Source: Terriglobia bacterium (lineage in GTDB: Bacteria; Acidobacteriota; Terriglobia; JAIQFV01). Taken from it: DNA of 64,000 nucleotides. The DNA lies in assembly GCA_028716525.1 (NCBI GenBank), contig JAQUPQ010000014.1, forward strand, positions 14,544 to 78,543. Direction: 5' to 3'. Under the pieces are notes generated by a model. The model saw only the letters and a list, made by a program, of their open reading frames with translations. It had not been told where the DNA came from and made no database searches. A program made the position numbers and the translations under genes. Positions 37,273 through 46,901 of this stretch are shown here, piece after piece; the stretch's first letter is position 1; each line of letters opens with the position of its first letter.

Positions 37273-40200
37273 ATGAAATTATCTAGGTTCCCGAGGAACA
37301 TGATTTATCTCGGATTGTTTCTAGTCCTTATCTTCGGGCTATCCACCAGCACTCTCTGGGCACAAGGAGCCGGAACCGGTGAACTCTCGGGTGTGGTATT
37401 CGACCCGAGTGGAGCCGTTGTACCCGGCGCCAAATTGCAACTGACGAACAGTGCAACCGGAGCCGTGCGTACGACAGAATCAACGGTGGCTGGCACTTAT
37501 CATTTTGTTGCGTTGCCGGTTGTGGGAACTTACAGCTTGAAAGTCGAAATGGCGGGATTCAAGACCGCGGTTTTCGGAGACATCGTCATCACAGTCGGTA
37601 GTGCCTTCACAAAAGACGTACATTTGGAAGTGGGAGCCACGACCCAGGTTGTGGAGGTGACGGCCGGGTCGGAGCTTATCCAACCGACCGAGTCTTCGCT
37701 TTCCACATTAGTGGATCGGCGCATTTGGGAGAACATGCCTCTGGAAGTTCGCAACCAGAATGTGTTCATCAACCTGGCGCCGGGGGTCGTGCCGGATGAG
37801 CAGGCGGGCAGCACGCGCGGCGCGGCGGTAAACGGCGCCCGCGGCGGCACCGGTAATTACCTGGTGGAAGGCACCGATAACTATGAGCAAGGCCAGGGGG
37901 GTCGCGGCCAACTGGGTGATGGTCCCGGGGGTGCATCCACCAGCATCTCGCCGGATGCCATTGGAGAGTACCGCATCATCACGAACAGCTTTGATGCCCA
38001 ATATGGCAAGGCGGGTGGATTCGTTACCGACACGGTACTGCGATCCGGCACGAATCAGTGGCATGGTTCGCTGTTTGAGTACAATCGCATTCAAGCCTTG
38101 GCGGCCAACGACTTCTTTTCCAATGCCAACGGAATCCAAGACCGGCTGGTCCGCAATCAATTTGGCGGGTCCATCGGCGGACCCATTTGGAAGGACAAAA
38201 CCTTCTTCTTTTATTCCATGGAGTATCACCGGTTGCGTCAGGGCTCGACGATTCACGCCGTCAATACCACTCAGCAATACCTGGACTGGGTAAAAAGCGG
38301 CGGATTGAAGACCTGGGCAGAAACCAGCCCGAATGGGATTTGCATGCAGTATATCGGGAGTACCTGCCCCGGCGCCTTCGCGCAATCGGCGACGCTTGGA
38401 CCCATTTTCTCCAAACTGATGGCATCTCAGAACTTTCCTTTGGCGACCACCGGGTTCAGCAATGAAGGCCAGGGATTTTACACCGGTGGCTTGATCTACC
38501 CCGTGCCGGTGTACGGTGATGTTTTTCTTTCGGATCCCTTCCATATGAATGAGTATAGGATTTCTGCGAAGGTCGATCACCGGTTCAGTGATAAAGATCA
38601 GATCTCGGCGTTTTACCTGAACCAAGCCGCTCAATCGGGCGATCCGTATGGCGGTGGTGGAGCGACGATCGGTCCGTCCTACTTGAACGATGGCCGCGGG
38701 GTCAACCTGGGATTGACCTGGACCCACACCTTTAGTCCTGCCTTGCTTAATAATTTTAAGGTGGCCTACCTGAGGCACCGCTCCGATTTTCCGCAGGCGC
38801 CTGGAACCGCGGGTCTGCCGCAGATTGTCACCTGGTATGACCCCATCTCCGTTGGATTCGGAATGTATGCCGGGTTGCCTCAGTTTTTCACGGAGAACCA
38901 ATTCCAGTACCAGGAAAGCCTTTCGTTTATTCGCGGCAAGCACAGCTTCAAGGTGGGCGGCGAGTTTCGGCGGATCCGCAATGGCTCCAGCTTCTACAAC
39001 GACACCTTTGGGTCGTTTTATCCCTACGGCGTAGAGGATCTGGTGACCGACTTGGCGTTTACGGACAATGCCGATAAAGCCATTCTTGGAAAATTTGCCA
39101 ACGGTTCGGTGTATTACAGCAGTGCGGCCGTGAATTCTGCGACCGGCACGCTCCCGGATCCCTACCGTGGGTTCCGCGCCAATGAATTGGCGGCTTATTT
39201 CCAGGATGATTGGCGCGTCACGCCGCGGTTGACGATCAATTGGGGTATGCGTTGGGAGTACTTTGGACCTCCGCATAACTTCCGCCCCAACATTGATTCC
39301 AATTTTTATTTTGGGAATCCCGTGACACCCGTTGCCACCACCTCCCAGAATCCCTTCTTCCCGAGGAACAACCCGTTTTATGCCACAGTAGCCACGGGGA
39401 CGTTCCAGGTGCGGAACAATGAAATCTGGAACAAAGACACCAACAACTTCGGGCCGCGCTTTGGATTCGCCTTTGATGTATTCGGCGATCAGAAAGTCAT
39501 CTTGCGCGCCGGGTCGGGGATCATGTACGACCGCATTTACAACAACGTGTTCGAAAATATTCGTTTTAATCCGCCCTACTTTTCGGACAACCAGATTGGC
39601 GCTGCTGTGAACGGCATTCCGGTGGGGGCGCTGTCCGCTCCCGGCCTGTACACCGTTCCCTTCACGTCCACGGGCGCGTTCTTTAGTGGCGGCCTGGCGC
39701 CGGTTCCCAACCCACGGCATATGGACCAGAATACGGTCACACCCTATTATGAACAGTTCCACTTGGGCATTCAGTGGGAGTTCATGAAGGGCTTCATGTT
39801 GGAGACCGGTTATGTGGGCACCATGGGCCACAAGCTGGTCGGCCTGGTCGACATCAACACATTCGATGGCCGAACGGCGTCGGGATATCCGGGAACCCGG
39901 AGCACCGCACGCATCAACACCAAAGTCGGCGCAGACAATTATCGCGCCAACCTCTTCAACTCCAATTACCACAGCTGGCAGACCACGGTGCGGAAGAACT
40001 ACTCCAGTGGGTTGGGCTTCAACATGAACTACACCTGGTCCAAGGCGTTGGATCAAATGAGCGATCTCTTTAACAATCGCAGTGCGGCTCATCCCACCGA
40101 CAACATGAACATGAGGGTGGACTACGGCCCGGCAGACTTCAACATGAAACACCGGTTTGTCGGAACCGTGGGTTACGACATCCCCTTGTTCAAGAACAAC

Positions 40201-40692
40201 CGGTTTGCCGGAGGGTGGGGGATCAACACCATTGTCTCGCTGCAAAGTGGCGTTCCCTTTTCGCCTTATAGCAGCTCCAGCAGTTACGATGTGAATAAAG
40301 ACGGATATGCCACGGACCGCATCGTGTTCGCCGGCACAGGTTCGGGGATGGATTCCCGGACCGGCGGCAACCCGGCTGACCATTATTTCAGCGGGACGAA
40401 CTGGAAGCGCTACGTTTGCCCGGCTTCCGTCAATGGAGGACTTTGGTGCAATGCCCCCATTGGACGCAATTCCATGACCGGCCCCGGCTTCAAGAACATT
40501 GACTTCAATGTCACGAAGAAGTTCAAAATTACGGAGCGTGTGGCGGTGTCGGTGCAAGGGAACTTTTTCAATCTCTTCAACCACCCGAACTTCCGACTGC
40601 CCAACGGCAATCAGACTTCCGCTGATTTTGGACGATCTACGAGTGATTACGGCCCGAGGGTTACGCAACTCGCAATTCGCCTGGATTTTTAA
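37273..40692 (+). CDS. TonB-dependent-receptor-like outer-membrane protein with an N-terminal carboxypeptidase-regulatory-like (CarbopepD_reg) domain.
   Basis: It is 1139 aa long. It has a signal peptide and a CarbopepD_reg-like segment (GVVFDPSGAVVPGAKLQLTN...GTYSLKVEMAGFKT), followed by plug and barrel regions, and it ends in ...LAIRLDF. Confidence 0.7.
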   Translation: MKLSRFPRNMIYLGLFLVLIFGLSTSTLWAQGAGTGELSGVVFDPSGAVVPGAKLQLTNSATGAVRTTESTVAGTYHFVALPVVGTYSLKVEMAGFKTAVFGDIVITVGSAFTKDVHLEVGATTQVVEVTAGSELIQPTESSLSTLVDRRIWENMPLEVRNQNVFINLAPGVVPDEQAGSTRGAAVNGARGGTGNYLVEGTDNYEQGQGGRGQLGDGPGGASTSISPDAIGEYRIITNSFDAQYGKAGGFVTDTVLRSGTNQWHGSLFEYNRIQALAANDFFSNANGIQDRLVRNQFGGSIGGPIWKDKTFFFYSMEYHRLRQGSTIHAVNTTQQYLDWVKSGGLKTWAETSPNGICMQYIGSTCPGAFAQSATLGPIFSKLMASQNFPLATTGFSNEGQGFYTGGLIYPVPVYGDVFLSDPFHMNEYRISAKVDHRFSDKDQISAFYLNQAAQSGDPYGGGGATIGPSYLNDGRGVNLGLTWTHTFSPALLNNFKVAYLRHRSDFPQAPGTAGLPQIVTWYDPISVGFGMYAGLPQFFTENQFQYQESLSFIRGKHSFKVGGEFRRIRNGSSFYNDTFGSFYPYGVEDLVTDLAFTDNADKAILGKFANGSVYYSSAAVNSATGTLPDPYRGFRANELAAYFQDDWRVTPRLTINWGMRWEYFGPPHNFRPNIDSNFYFGNPVTPVATTSQNPFFPRNNPFYATVATGTFQVRNNEIWNKDTNNFGPRFGFAFDVFGDQKVILRAGSGIMYDRIYNNVFENIRFNPPYFSDNQIGAAVNGIPVGALSAPGLYTVPFTSTGAFFSGGLAPVPNPRHMDQNTVTPYYEQFHLGIQWEFMKGFMLETGYVGTMGHKLVGLVDINTFDGRTASGYPGTRSTARINTKVGADNYRANLFNSNYHSWQTTVRKNYSSGLGFNMNYTWSKALDQMSDLFNNRSAAHPTDNMNMRVDYGPADFNMKHRFVGTVGYDIPLFKNNRFAGGWGINTIVSLQSGVPFSPYSSSSSYDVNKDGYATDRIVFAGTGSGMDSRTGGNPADHYFSGTNWKRYVCPASVNGGLWCNAPIGRNSMTGPGFKNIDFNVTKKFKITERVAVSVQGNFFNLFNHPNFRLPNGNQTSADFGRSTSDYGPRVTQLAIRLDF

Positions 40693-40712
40693 GAGTTGAT
40701 CGGGTTCTTTCG

Positions 40713-40748
40713 AATCCCGCTCTGCTTCGGCAGGGCGGGATTTTTTTT
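40713..40748 (+). terminator. Rho-independent terminator: a 12-bp stem with a CTTCGG loop followed by T8.
   Basis: The sequence AATCCCGCTCTG-CTTCGG-CAGGGCGGGATT followed by TTTTTTTT is read directly, 20 nt after the receptor gene stop. Confidence 0.75.
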
Positions 40749-41648
40749 GAGGTTTGCTGCGTCGGCAAAACGCCGTCAAGCGGGTCTGGCCAGTCTGCGC
40801 TTGCGTCCGCCGGGGTTCGCTTGCGTCCCCCAGGTCTTTGGGGGATTGGCGGATTCGCTCTATTCAGCCGTTGTGCAATTCCAGTGAGCGTGTATCTTTT
40901 GGCGTTTTTTTGGATGCTGGCCAGTCTTCTGCCTGCCGCTTGACTCTTGTGGGTCCTTTTCGCGGATATTGAAAGTGAATATTCAGCCAAAACCAGGATT
41001 TCCAAAAGTAATATTTTGTCTCTGAATGGATACAAGTTTTCATATATTCGCACCCTTGGGAATAGGTCTCATTATCGTGAATGTTTTTCCCACAGAAGGA
41101 AGCATGAATAATAGAAACGCAAAAATCGCCCTAAGCAGTTGATAAAAAAATACTTAATTTGTCATAAATTTTGAGAGTTGGCGGCCACAGATAAACTCAT
41201 TCTCCATTCCATTAAAGGACACCTTTGGCATTCGAAGTGCCACTCCCTTATCGAACATTTTGGTTGCAGCGACCTGGATCGACCCTTGCCAGTTAGTGCG
41301 AATTGATTTGAACGCGATAGGTTGCAGATGGGGGCGTTTGAGGCTGTGTCGTGCGGGGGCGAAATTTTTCAGGAAGGCAGGCTGAATCTCTCATTCCGGG
41401 TTTAAGGCTGATCCCGCTCTCAGGAAATCAGGACAGATAGAACCACTCAGAAGTCGACACGCAGTGAAAAATCCAGTTCGGAATCAGAAATTCTGTCGAT
41501 TGCACGGACTTCCAAGATTCTCTTCAAATGCGGCTTCATTCCAAAACTTTTCTCGGTTTTTTGAGTGCGACTTGCGGGTCTGTCCACAGGATGCACTCAT
41601 TTCAGTTGACACGTACCAACCATTACATAAATCGATAGGAGGAAACAT

Positions 41649-44600
41649 ATGAATTATCGGAGGTACCAATCACACTGGTTGGCTTGGGGTTTCGCCCTGG
41701 CGCTCCTGATCGTGGTGTTGGCGAGCATCGGATTTGCTCAAGACATCATGACCAAGGGAAACATCAGTGGCACGGTGGTGGACGCAAGCGGTGCAGTTGT
41801 TCCCAAAGCTTCAGTGACCGCGACAGGTGACATCGACAAGCGGACTGCGACCACCGACGAATACGGACGATTCGATTTTACGAGTCTGTTGCCGGGCAGC
41901 TACACGGTGAAAGCCGAAATGACCGGCTTCAAAACCGTATCCGCCTTGAATGTAACCGTCTTTGTCGGAAAAACTTCCACCTTAAAACTCACGCTTGAAG
42001 TCGGCAACGTTTCCCAAGTGGTCGAGGTTCAAGCGGGGGCCGAGACGGTGGATCTTTCCAGCACGGCAGTGTCCTCGAACTTGAACGACCAATTGTATGA
42101 GAACCTGCCGTTGCAGCGGACCGTCAGCAGCTTGTTTTATCTGGCTCCCGGTGTGACCGACGGTTTGGGCGGCGGCCGGGCCAACCCCTCAGTGTCGGGT
42201 GCCTCGGCGCTCGATAACCTCTACGTGGCCGACGGTGTGAATATCACCGACTCCGCTTTTGGCGGATTCGGAGTGTTCTCACGTTCCTACGGCTCCTTGG
42301 GTGTTGGAATCACGACGTCCTACGTCCAGGAAGTTCAAGTCAAGACCGGCGGGTTTGAGCCGCAATATGGACAATCCGAAGGCGGCATTGTCAACATCAT
42401 CACCAAGTCCGGAACCGATCAGTATCATGGAGAGGTATTCGGATTCTTCCAACCGAAATCATTCGAAGCCACTCGCTTCCAGCGTGATGATTTCGCTGTG
42501 AACAAGGTTGGGGAATTCCTCCATCCGGAAAACTATGACATGGGTGTGGATGCAGGTGGACCGGTGCCGGGAACAGGCAAGCGCGTATTCTTCTTTGGAT
42601 CATTCAATCCTTCCCTTCAGCGGAGTATTGTCCAGGGAGCGGCAGGATCGGGAATTTTGACCCTCCTCGGGCAGACTGCCCAAGTCGCCTATTCCAAGAA
42701 TTACGCGGCAAAAATCGATGCCAATATTGCCACCGGACATCAGGTGAACTTCTCGATATTCGGCGATCCCACTTCAACCAACCTGGCGCCGTGGAGGTCA
42801 TTGAATATTGACAACCTGACAGCCGACAGCGTTCTGAATTACGGCACCCGCAATATGGCATGGCGCTATACCGGGACTCTCTCATCGACTTGGACGGTCA
42901 GCAGCTCTTTTAGCTGGGGACATAACACATTCGATGAGAGTGGATTCGCCAACTTCAACCAGATTGTCGACCGCACGCAAGCAGCGCGGGGTAACTTCAC
43001 GGCCATCGGTTTGGGATTTATTGAACCGACCCAAGGGGATACCTATCGACTGACGGGCGACACCCAGAAGATATTTAATTTCCTGGGGACGCATACCATT
43101 GCGCTGGGCTACAACTATCAGCGTGCCTACTACTCCGGACTTCGTGATCGTAGCGGGCCGCATTACACGGTGCCGGCCGGCAATGCTGATGGAAGCTACA
43201 AGATTCCGTCCTTCGCGGCGGGACAACCCCTGAATGCCTCATGGTCGCTTCGTCTGGCCAGTTCATCTTGCACCCTGTGCCCGTTGCTGAACGTGCCAGG
43301 TGTGGGTGTGACTCCTGTCTACCTGCGGCAAGACCGTGGGGAATTTGGAACCCCTGTGTTTAACACCCGGTCGAATTACCACACCATGTATTGGCAAGAT
43401 ACGTGGCGGGTAAATCGATTTGTGTCAGTTCTGGCCGGCTATCGGTGGGAACAGGAGGAACTGGTTGGGTCTCCGTTCACTTCGGGTGGATTCAACCACT
43501 ATACATTTACAGACAACTGGTCTCCTCGCTTTGGAGTGACCATCGATCCGTTGGGCCACGGGAAGACGAAAATATTTTACAACTTCGGTCGATTCACCGA
43601 ATATTTCCCGTTGGATGCGGCGGAACGATCTCTTTCCACAGAGCTTGATTTCATCGGGGGACGTTTTGCTCCGGCCTATACGGTTATCGGAGGGCAACGC
43701 GTCGCTACTCTGAACCAGTTTGGAACAGTAACTCCGGTCGTCGATGCTGCGCATTTGTTGAATTTCGCGGCGGGTGGCACTGGATCCGGCATTGGAATTT
43801 CTGCACAGTCGGTTTCCAATCCAATCAATCCCGGCACCAAGTTGGGATTCGCACAGGAGCATATGATTGGATTTGAGCAACAGTTGCCGCACGGCTTTGT
43901 TCTGTCGGCGCGTTACATTGACCGGCGGTTGAAGCGCATCATCGAAGACGCCTCCCTTGATCCCATTGAAGACTATGTGTACCTGGGAGCTTTTGGCCAG
44001 ACCTACTTTATCGGAAACGTCAACTCCAAGCTCGACGTGGGAACCAACCCCATCGAGTTTACTTTCCCGGTGGGCGGTACGGTGCCCAAACAGTGCACCG
44101 ATCCTTCCTTGGTGGGCCAGGCCTTTGACCGGAACAATAATTCACTCGGCATGTTCTGTTTTGCTCCGCTGGGTGTGAATGGAAAGCCGGCGGGTTCTCA
44201 GATCCCGGATGGTGTCCCGGATGGATATGTAGATCCGGTGCATCTCTACAAAGCGGTTGAAATTGAAATGAACAAGCGGTTCTCAAACAACTGGCAGTTG
44301 TTGGCGAATTGGAGAATTGCTACCCTCCGTGGCAACTACGAGGGGCACCTCCGCAACGACAACGGCCAAACCGACCCGGGCATCAGCTCCTTGTTCGATT
44401 TCACACCGGGCGATTTCGGCCTGCTGGGTGATCAATTCGCCGTAGGCCCGCTCAACACGGACCGCCGCCATGTCGTGAATATCTATGCCAATTATGGCCT
44501 GACGGACAACGTGTTGTCGGATCGATGGAAGTTCTTCAACGGGCTGAACCTCGGTGTCGGGTTCCACATCGAGTCCGGTTTGCCGATGAGCAACTTGGCT

Positions 44601-44894
44601 GCGCATCCGGGTTACCTGAATGCCGGCGAAGTTCCCTTGGGCGGCCGTGGCTCGTTAGGTCGAACTCCCACCGATTTCCGACTGGATTTGCATGCGGATT
44701 ATCCGTTTAAGATTTCCGAACGTCTCAAGGCGACCATCATTGGAGACGTTTTCAATGTCACCAACTCGCAGACTTTGAGACTGATCAACCAGTTCAGTGA
44801 AAGCACCTTCCAGCAACCCAATCCGGATTTCAAGCAACCGACATCTTGGTACAATCCGATTTCGTTCCGCTTAGGTGTAAAACTGAGCTTCTAA
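41649..44894 (+). CDS. TonB-dependent-receptor-like outer-membrane protein with an N-terminal CarbopepD_reg domain, a paralog of 37273..40692.
   Basis: It is 1081 aa long. It has a signal peptide and the segment GTVVDASGAVVPKASVTATG...GSYTVKAEMTGFKT, and it ends in ...FRLGVKLSF. Confidence 0.7.
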   Translation: MNYRRYQSHWLAWGFALALLIVVLASIGFAQDIMTKGNISGTVVDASGAVVPKASVTATGDIDKRTATTDEYGRFDFTSLLPGSYTVKAEMTGFKTVSALNVTVFVGKTSTLKLTLEVGNVSQVVEVQAGAETVDLSSTAVSSNLNDQLYENLPLQRTVSSLFYLAPGVTDGLGGGRANPSVSGASALDNLYVADGVNITDSAFGGFGVFSRSYGSLGVGITTSYVQEVQVKTGGFEPQYGQSEGGIVNIITKSGTDQYHGEVFGFFQPKSFEATRFQRDDFAVNKVGEFLHPENYDMGVDAGGPVPGTGKRVFFFGSFNPSLQRSIVQGAAGSGILTLLGQTAQVAYSKNYAAKIDANIATGHQVNFSIFGDPTSTNLAPWRSLNIDNLTADSVLNYGTRNMAWRYTGTLSSTWTVSSSFSWGHNTFDESGFANFNQIVDRTQAARGNFTAIGLGFIEPTQGDTYRLTGDTQKIFNFLGTHTIALGYNYQRAYYSGLRDRSGPHYTVPAGNADGSYKIPSFAAGQPLNASWSLRLASSSCTLCPLLNVPGVGVTPVYLRQDRGEFGTPVFNTRSNYHTMYWQDTWRVNRFVSVLAGYRWEQEELVGSPFTSGGFNHYTFTDNWSPRFGVTIDPLGHGKTKIFYNFGRFTEYFPLDAAERSLSTELDFIGGRFAPAYTVIGGQRVATLNQFGTVTPVVDAAHLLNFAAGGTGSGIGISAQSVSNPINPGTKLGFAQEHMIGFEQQLPHGFVLSARYIDRRLKRIIEDASLDPIEDYVYLGAFGQTYFIGNVNSKLDVGTNPIEFTFPVGGTVPKQCTDPSLVGQAFDRNNNSLGMFCFAPLGVNGKPAGSQIPDGVPDGYVDPVHLYKAVEIEMNKRFSNNWQLLANWRIATLRGNYEGHLRNDNGQTDPGISSLFDFTPGDFGLLGDQFAVGPLNTDRRHVVNIYANYGLTDNVLSDRWKFFNGLNLGVGFHIESGLPMSNLAAHPGYLNAGEVPLGGRGSLGRTPTDFRLDLHADYPFKISERLKATIIGDVFNVTNSQTLRLINQFSESTFQQPNPDFKQPTSWYNPISFRLGVKLSF

Positions 44895-44917
44895 TTCGGT
44901 ATTGCAGACTTGAATTG

Positions 44918-44960
44918 AAGAGGGAGGAGACGGTTTCCTCCCTCTTATTTTTTTATTTTT
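44918..44960 (+). terminator. Rho-independent terminator (an 11-bp stem, AAGAGGGAGGA/TCCTCCCTCTT, plus a T-run).
   Basis: It is read directly, 24 nt after the stop of the second receptor gene. Confidence 0.75.
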
Positions 44961-45043
44961 GCCGATGATTAAGATGAGGCATAATGACGGCTGAGGTTGC
45001 ATGCAGCCCGCCGAAAAGAAAGATTGAATCCTTGGAGGTTGGA

Positions 45044-46054
45044 ATGAAATCCGGTGTTTCAAAGGTAATTTTTATCGCCATCTATATTTTAGGTTTTGGG
45101 TTAACACGGCTTTATGCCATTCAGGATCAAGCACGTCCCCCTATGATGCCCACGTCCATTCATGGACAAGTGCGCTTTTCCGAAGGTCAAATTCGGGCGG
45201 AGTATGTTTTGGTCCGTCTGGAACCCGTATCCGGTGGCATGACCGAAGAAACACGAACAGACCGTACGGGAAAATTTGATTTTTCAAACATTGGACAAGC
45301 CATCTATCGCGTTACAGCAACTTATCCGGGTTATATCCCTGCCACCCAGGAAGTAAATCTCGTGACGACTTTTACGGAGTACGTCCAGTTGACTCTCTTT
45401 CCGGAGAAGAAAGTAACGAAGCCGGTGAATAAGGCCGGCACTGAACTGTTGCTGGATGCAAAAGTCTCCAAAGAAGCGCGTGACGAATATGACAAAGGTC
45501 GCGAGGAATTGTCCAAAGGCTCCGAGCCCGGGAAAGGAATCGCTCATTTGGAAAAGGCCGTACAAATTGATCCCAATTTCCTGGAAGCGCAAGTTTTCCT
45601 GGGAACTTCTTATATTGACGCGCATGAGCTCGACAAAGCTCAAAAAGCCTTGCAAAAGGCATTGACCATCAATCCCAAAACCCCCTTGGCGTTGCTGGCA
45701 CTGGGAGAAGTGTATCGGGAAAAGAAGAATTTTCAGGAAGCGGAGAAGAATCTGACGGAGGGATTGAAACTTGACGATAACTCCTGGCAGGGACACTTTA
45801 CTTTGGGGAAGTTGTACTGGGATACGGGCAATACTCCCAAAGCCGGAGCGGAGATCGGCCGGACTCTGCAACTGAAACCGGATTACCCCGATGCTTATTT
45901 GATCGCCGGGAATATCTTTCTGAAAGCCAATCGCGCGCCTGAAGCCCTTCGAATGTTCAATGAATATTTGCGACTGGATCCCAAAGGAAAATTTGCCGAA
46001 CCCACGCGCCAATCCGTCGAGAAACTCAAGAAGGTCATGGCCGCACAAAAGTAG
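45044..46054 (+). CDS. Secreted or membrane-anchored protein with a CarbopepD_reg-like N-domain and TPR repeats.
   Basis: The N-terminal hydrophobic segment is followed by IHGQVRFSEGQIRAEYVLVRLEP...YRVTATYPGYIP. TPR-like helices then follow (AHLEKAVQIDPNFLEAQVFLGTSY..., ALLALGEVYREKKNFQEAEKNL...). Confidence 0.6.
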   Translation: MKSGVSKVIFIAIYILGFGLTRLYAIQDQARPPMMPTSIHGQVRFSEGQIRAEYVLVRLEPVSGGMTEETRTDRTGKFDFSNIGQAIYRVTATYPGYIPATQEVNLVTTFTEYVQLTLFPEKKVTKPVNKAGTELLLDAKVSKEARDEYDKGREELSKGSEPGKGIAHLEKAVQIDPNFLEAQVFLGTSYIDAHELDKAQKALQKALTINPKTPLALLALGEVYREKKNFQEAEKNLTEGLKLDDNSWQGHFTLGKLYWDTGNTPKAGAEIGRTLQLKPDYPDAYLIAGNIFLKANRAPEALRMFNEYLRLDPKGKFAEPTRQSVEKLKKVMAAQK

Positions 46055-46172
46055 TCTTGCCGTTGGGAGTGCGCTGAGGAAAAAATCAAATCAGCCCTGA
46101 TTCATGGGGCGACAAAAACCTCACAATCTCTGATTCGGCTGATCATCCTGTGTTTTTGGAAGTGCATCTGCC

Positions 46173-46548
46173 GTCCCGCAGTGCGGGACTCATCCCACCC
46201 CCTTCCGTTCTTTCCCGGCACTCACGTGCCGGGCTAAAGATCTAACGTCCGTCTTCGACGGACTATGTGAAGCTGATTTCTTGTTTTGTTTTTCCCCGCG
46301 AAGGACTAGCCCACGGATTCATTGACCCGCCGGGATTTCATGAAGGAAGTCCCGATGTACCTCATCGGGACGATAGATTTTTAGCCCCAGGCGTGAGCCT
46401 GGGGTATTGGAAGGAACGCGGTTTCAGTCCCGCTCTGCGGGACGGCAGACCGGCATTTTCGGAGCAGTTCTTCATGCAGCGTGGTCGCACCCAGTAGCAT
46501 GAAAATCGTTCTGGTAGCCGGGATGCTCCGCTTTTTGGAACATCCCGG
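46173..46548. repeat. Cluster of GC-rich hairpin modules from the same dispersed family: GTCCCGCAGTGCGGGAC, CCCGGCACTCACGTGCCGGG, GGCTAAAGATCTAACGTCC, CCCGATGTACCTCATCGGG, CCCCAGGCGTGAGCCTGGGG, GTCCCGCTCTGCGGGAC and CCGGGATGCTCCGCTTTTTGGAACATCCCGG.
   Basis: Modules are shared with 7.77-8.05 kb, 12.6-12.9 kb, 22.0 kb and 49.2-49.4 kb. This one contains a near-verbatim 65-bp match to 12848-12915. Confidence 0.6.
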
Positions 46549-46687
46549 ATGTGCGATCGACTCGGATTACCGCGAGGTCCGGCCCCGATGAATCGGGCGA
46601 TGCAAAAGTGAGGAAGTCATTTGCCGTTGAGCAGGGACGGCGAGGGGAGATCCAGACTAGCGATATGATAATGGACGGCCGGTAAAA

Positions 46688-46869
46688 AATTCCAAAGTCC
46701 AAAGGCCAAAATCCAAATAAAATCCAAATTCCAAAATTCAAACGGCCGAGTTCCGGAGGATCGCTTCGTCGGAGTCGCTTTTCTTGGAATTTGAAATTTA
46801 GGACCTGGAACTTACCTGAAATTTGGGTGTTGGAGCTTGGATTTTATTTGGATTTTGGACTTTGGAATT
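46688..46869. repeat. Long imperfect inverted repeat built from TCCAAA-rich arms of about 55 bp each, with a 60-bp centre. It begins 33 bp downstream of the GGDEF gene stop.
   Basis: The left arm is AATTCCAAAGTCCAAAGGCCAAAATCCAAATAAAATCCAAATTCCAAAATTCAAA. The right arm ...TTGGATTTTATTTGGATTTTGGACTTTGGAATT is its reverse complement apart from a 7-bp indel. Confidence 0.55.
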
Positions 46870-46901
46870 TACTCGCTGTCCGTCCCAAAATTTCGCCCAT
46901 T

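Noticed and set aside
36101-41648. Cobalamin or other riboswitch in the long leaders of the TonB-dependent-receptor genes.
   Set aside because: Only loose GCCACT-like matches were found. No convincing B12 box with the flanking conserved stems is visible by eye. This is left as an open check rather than a call.
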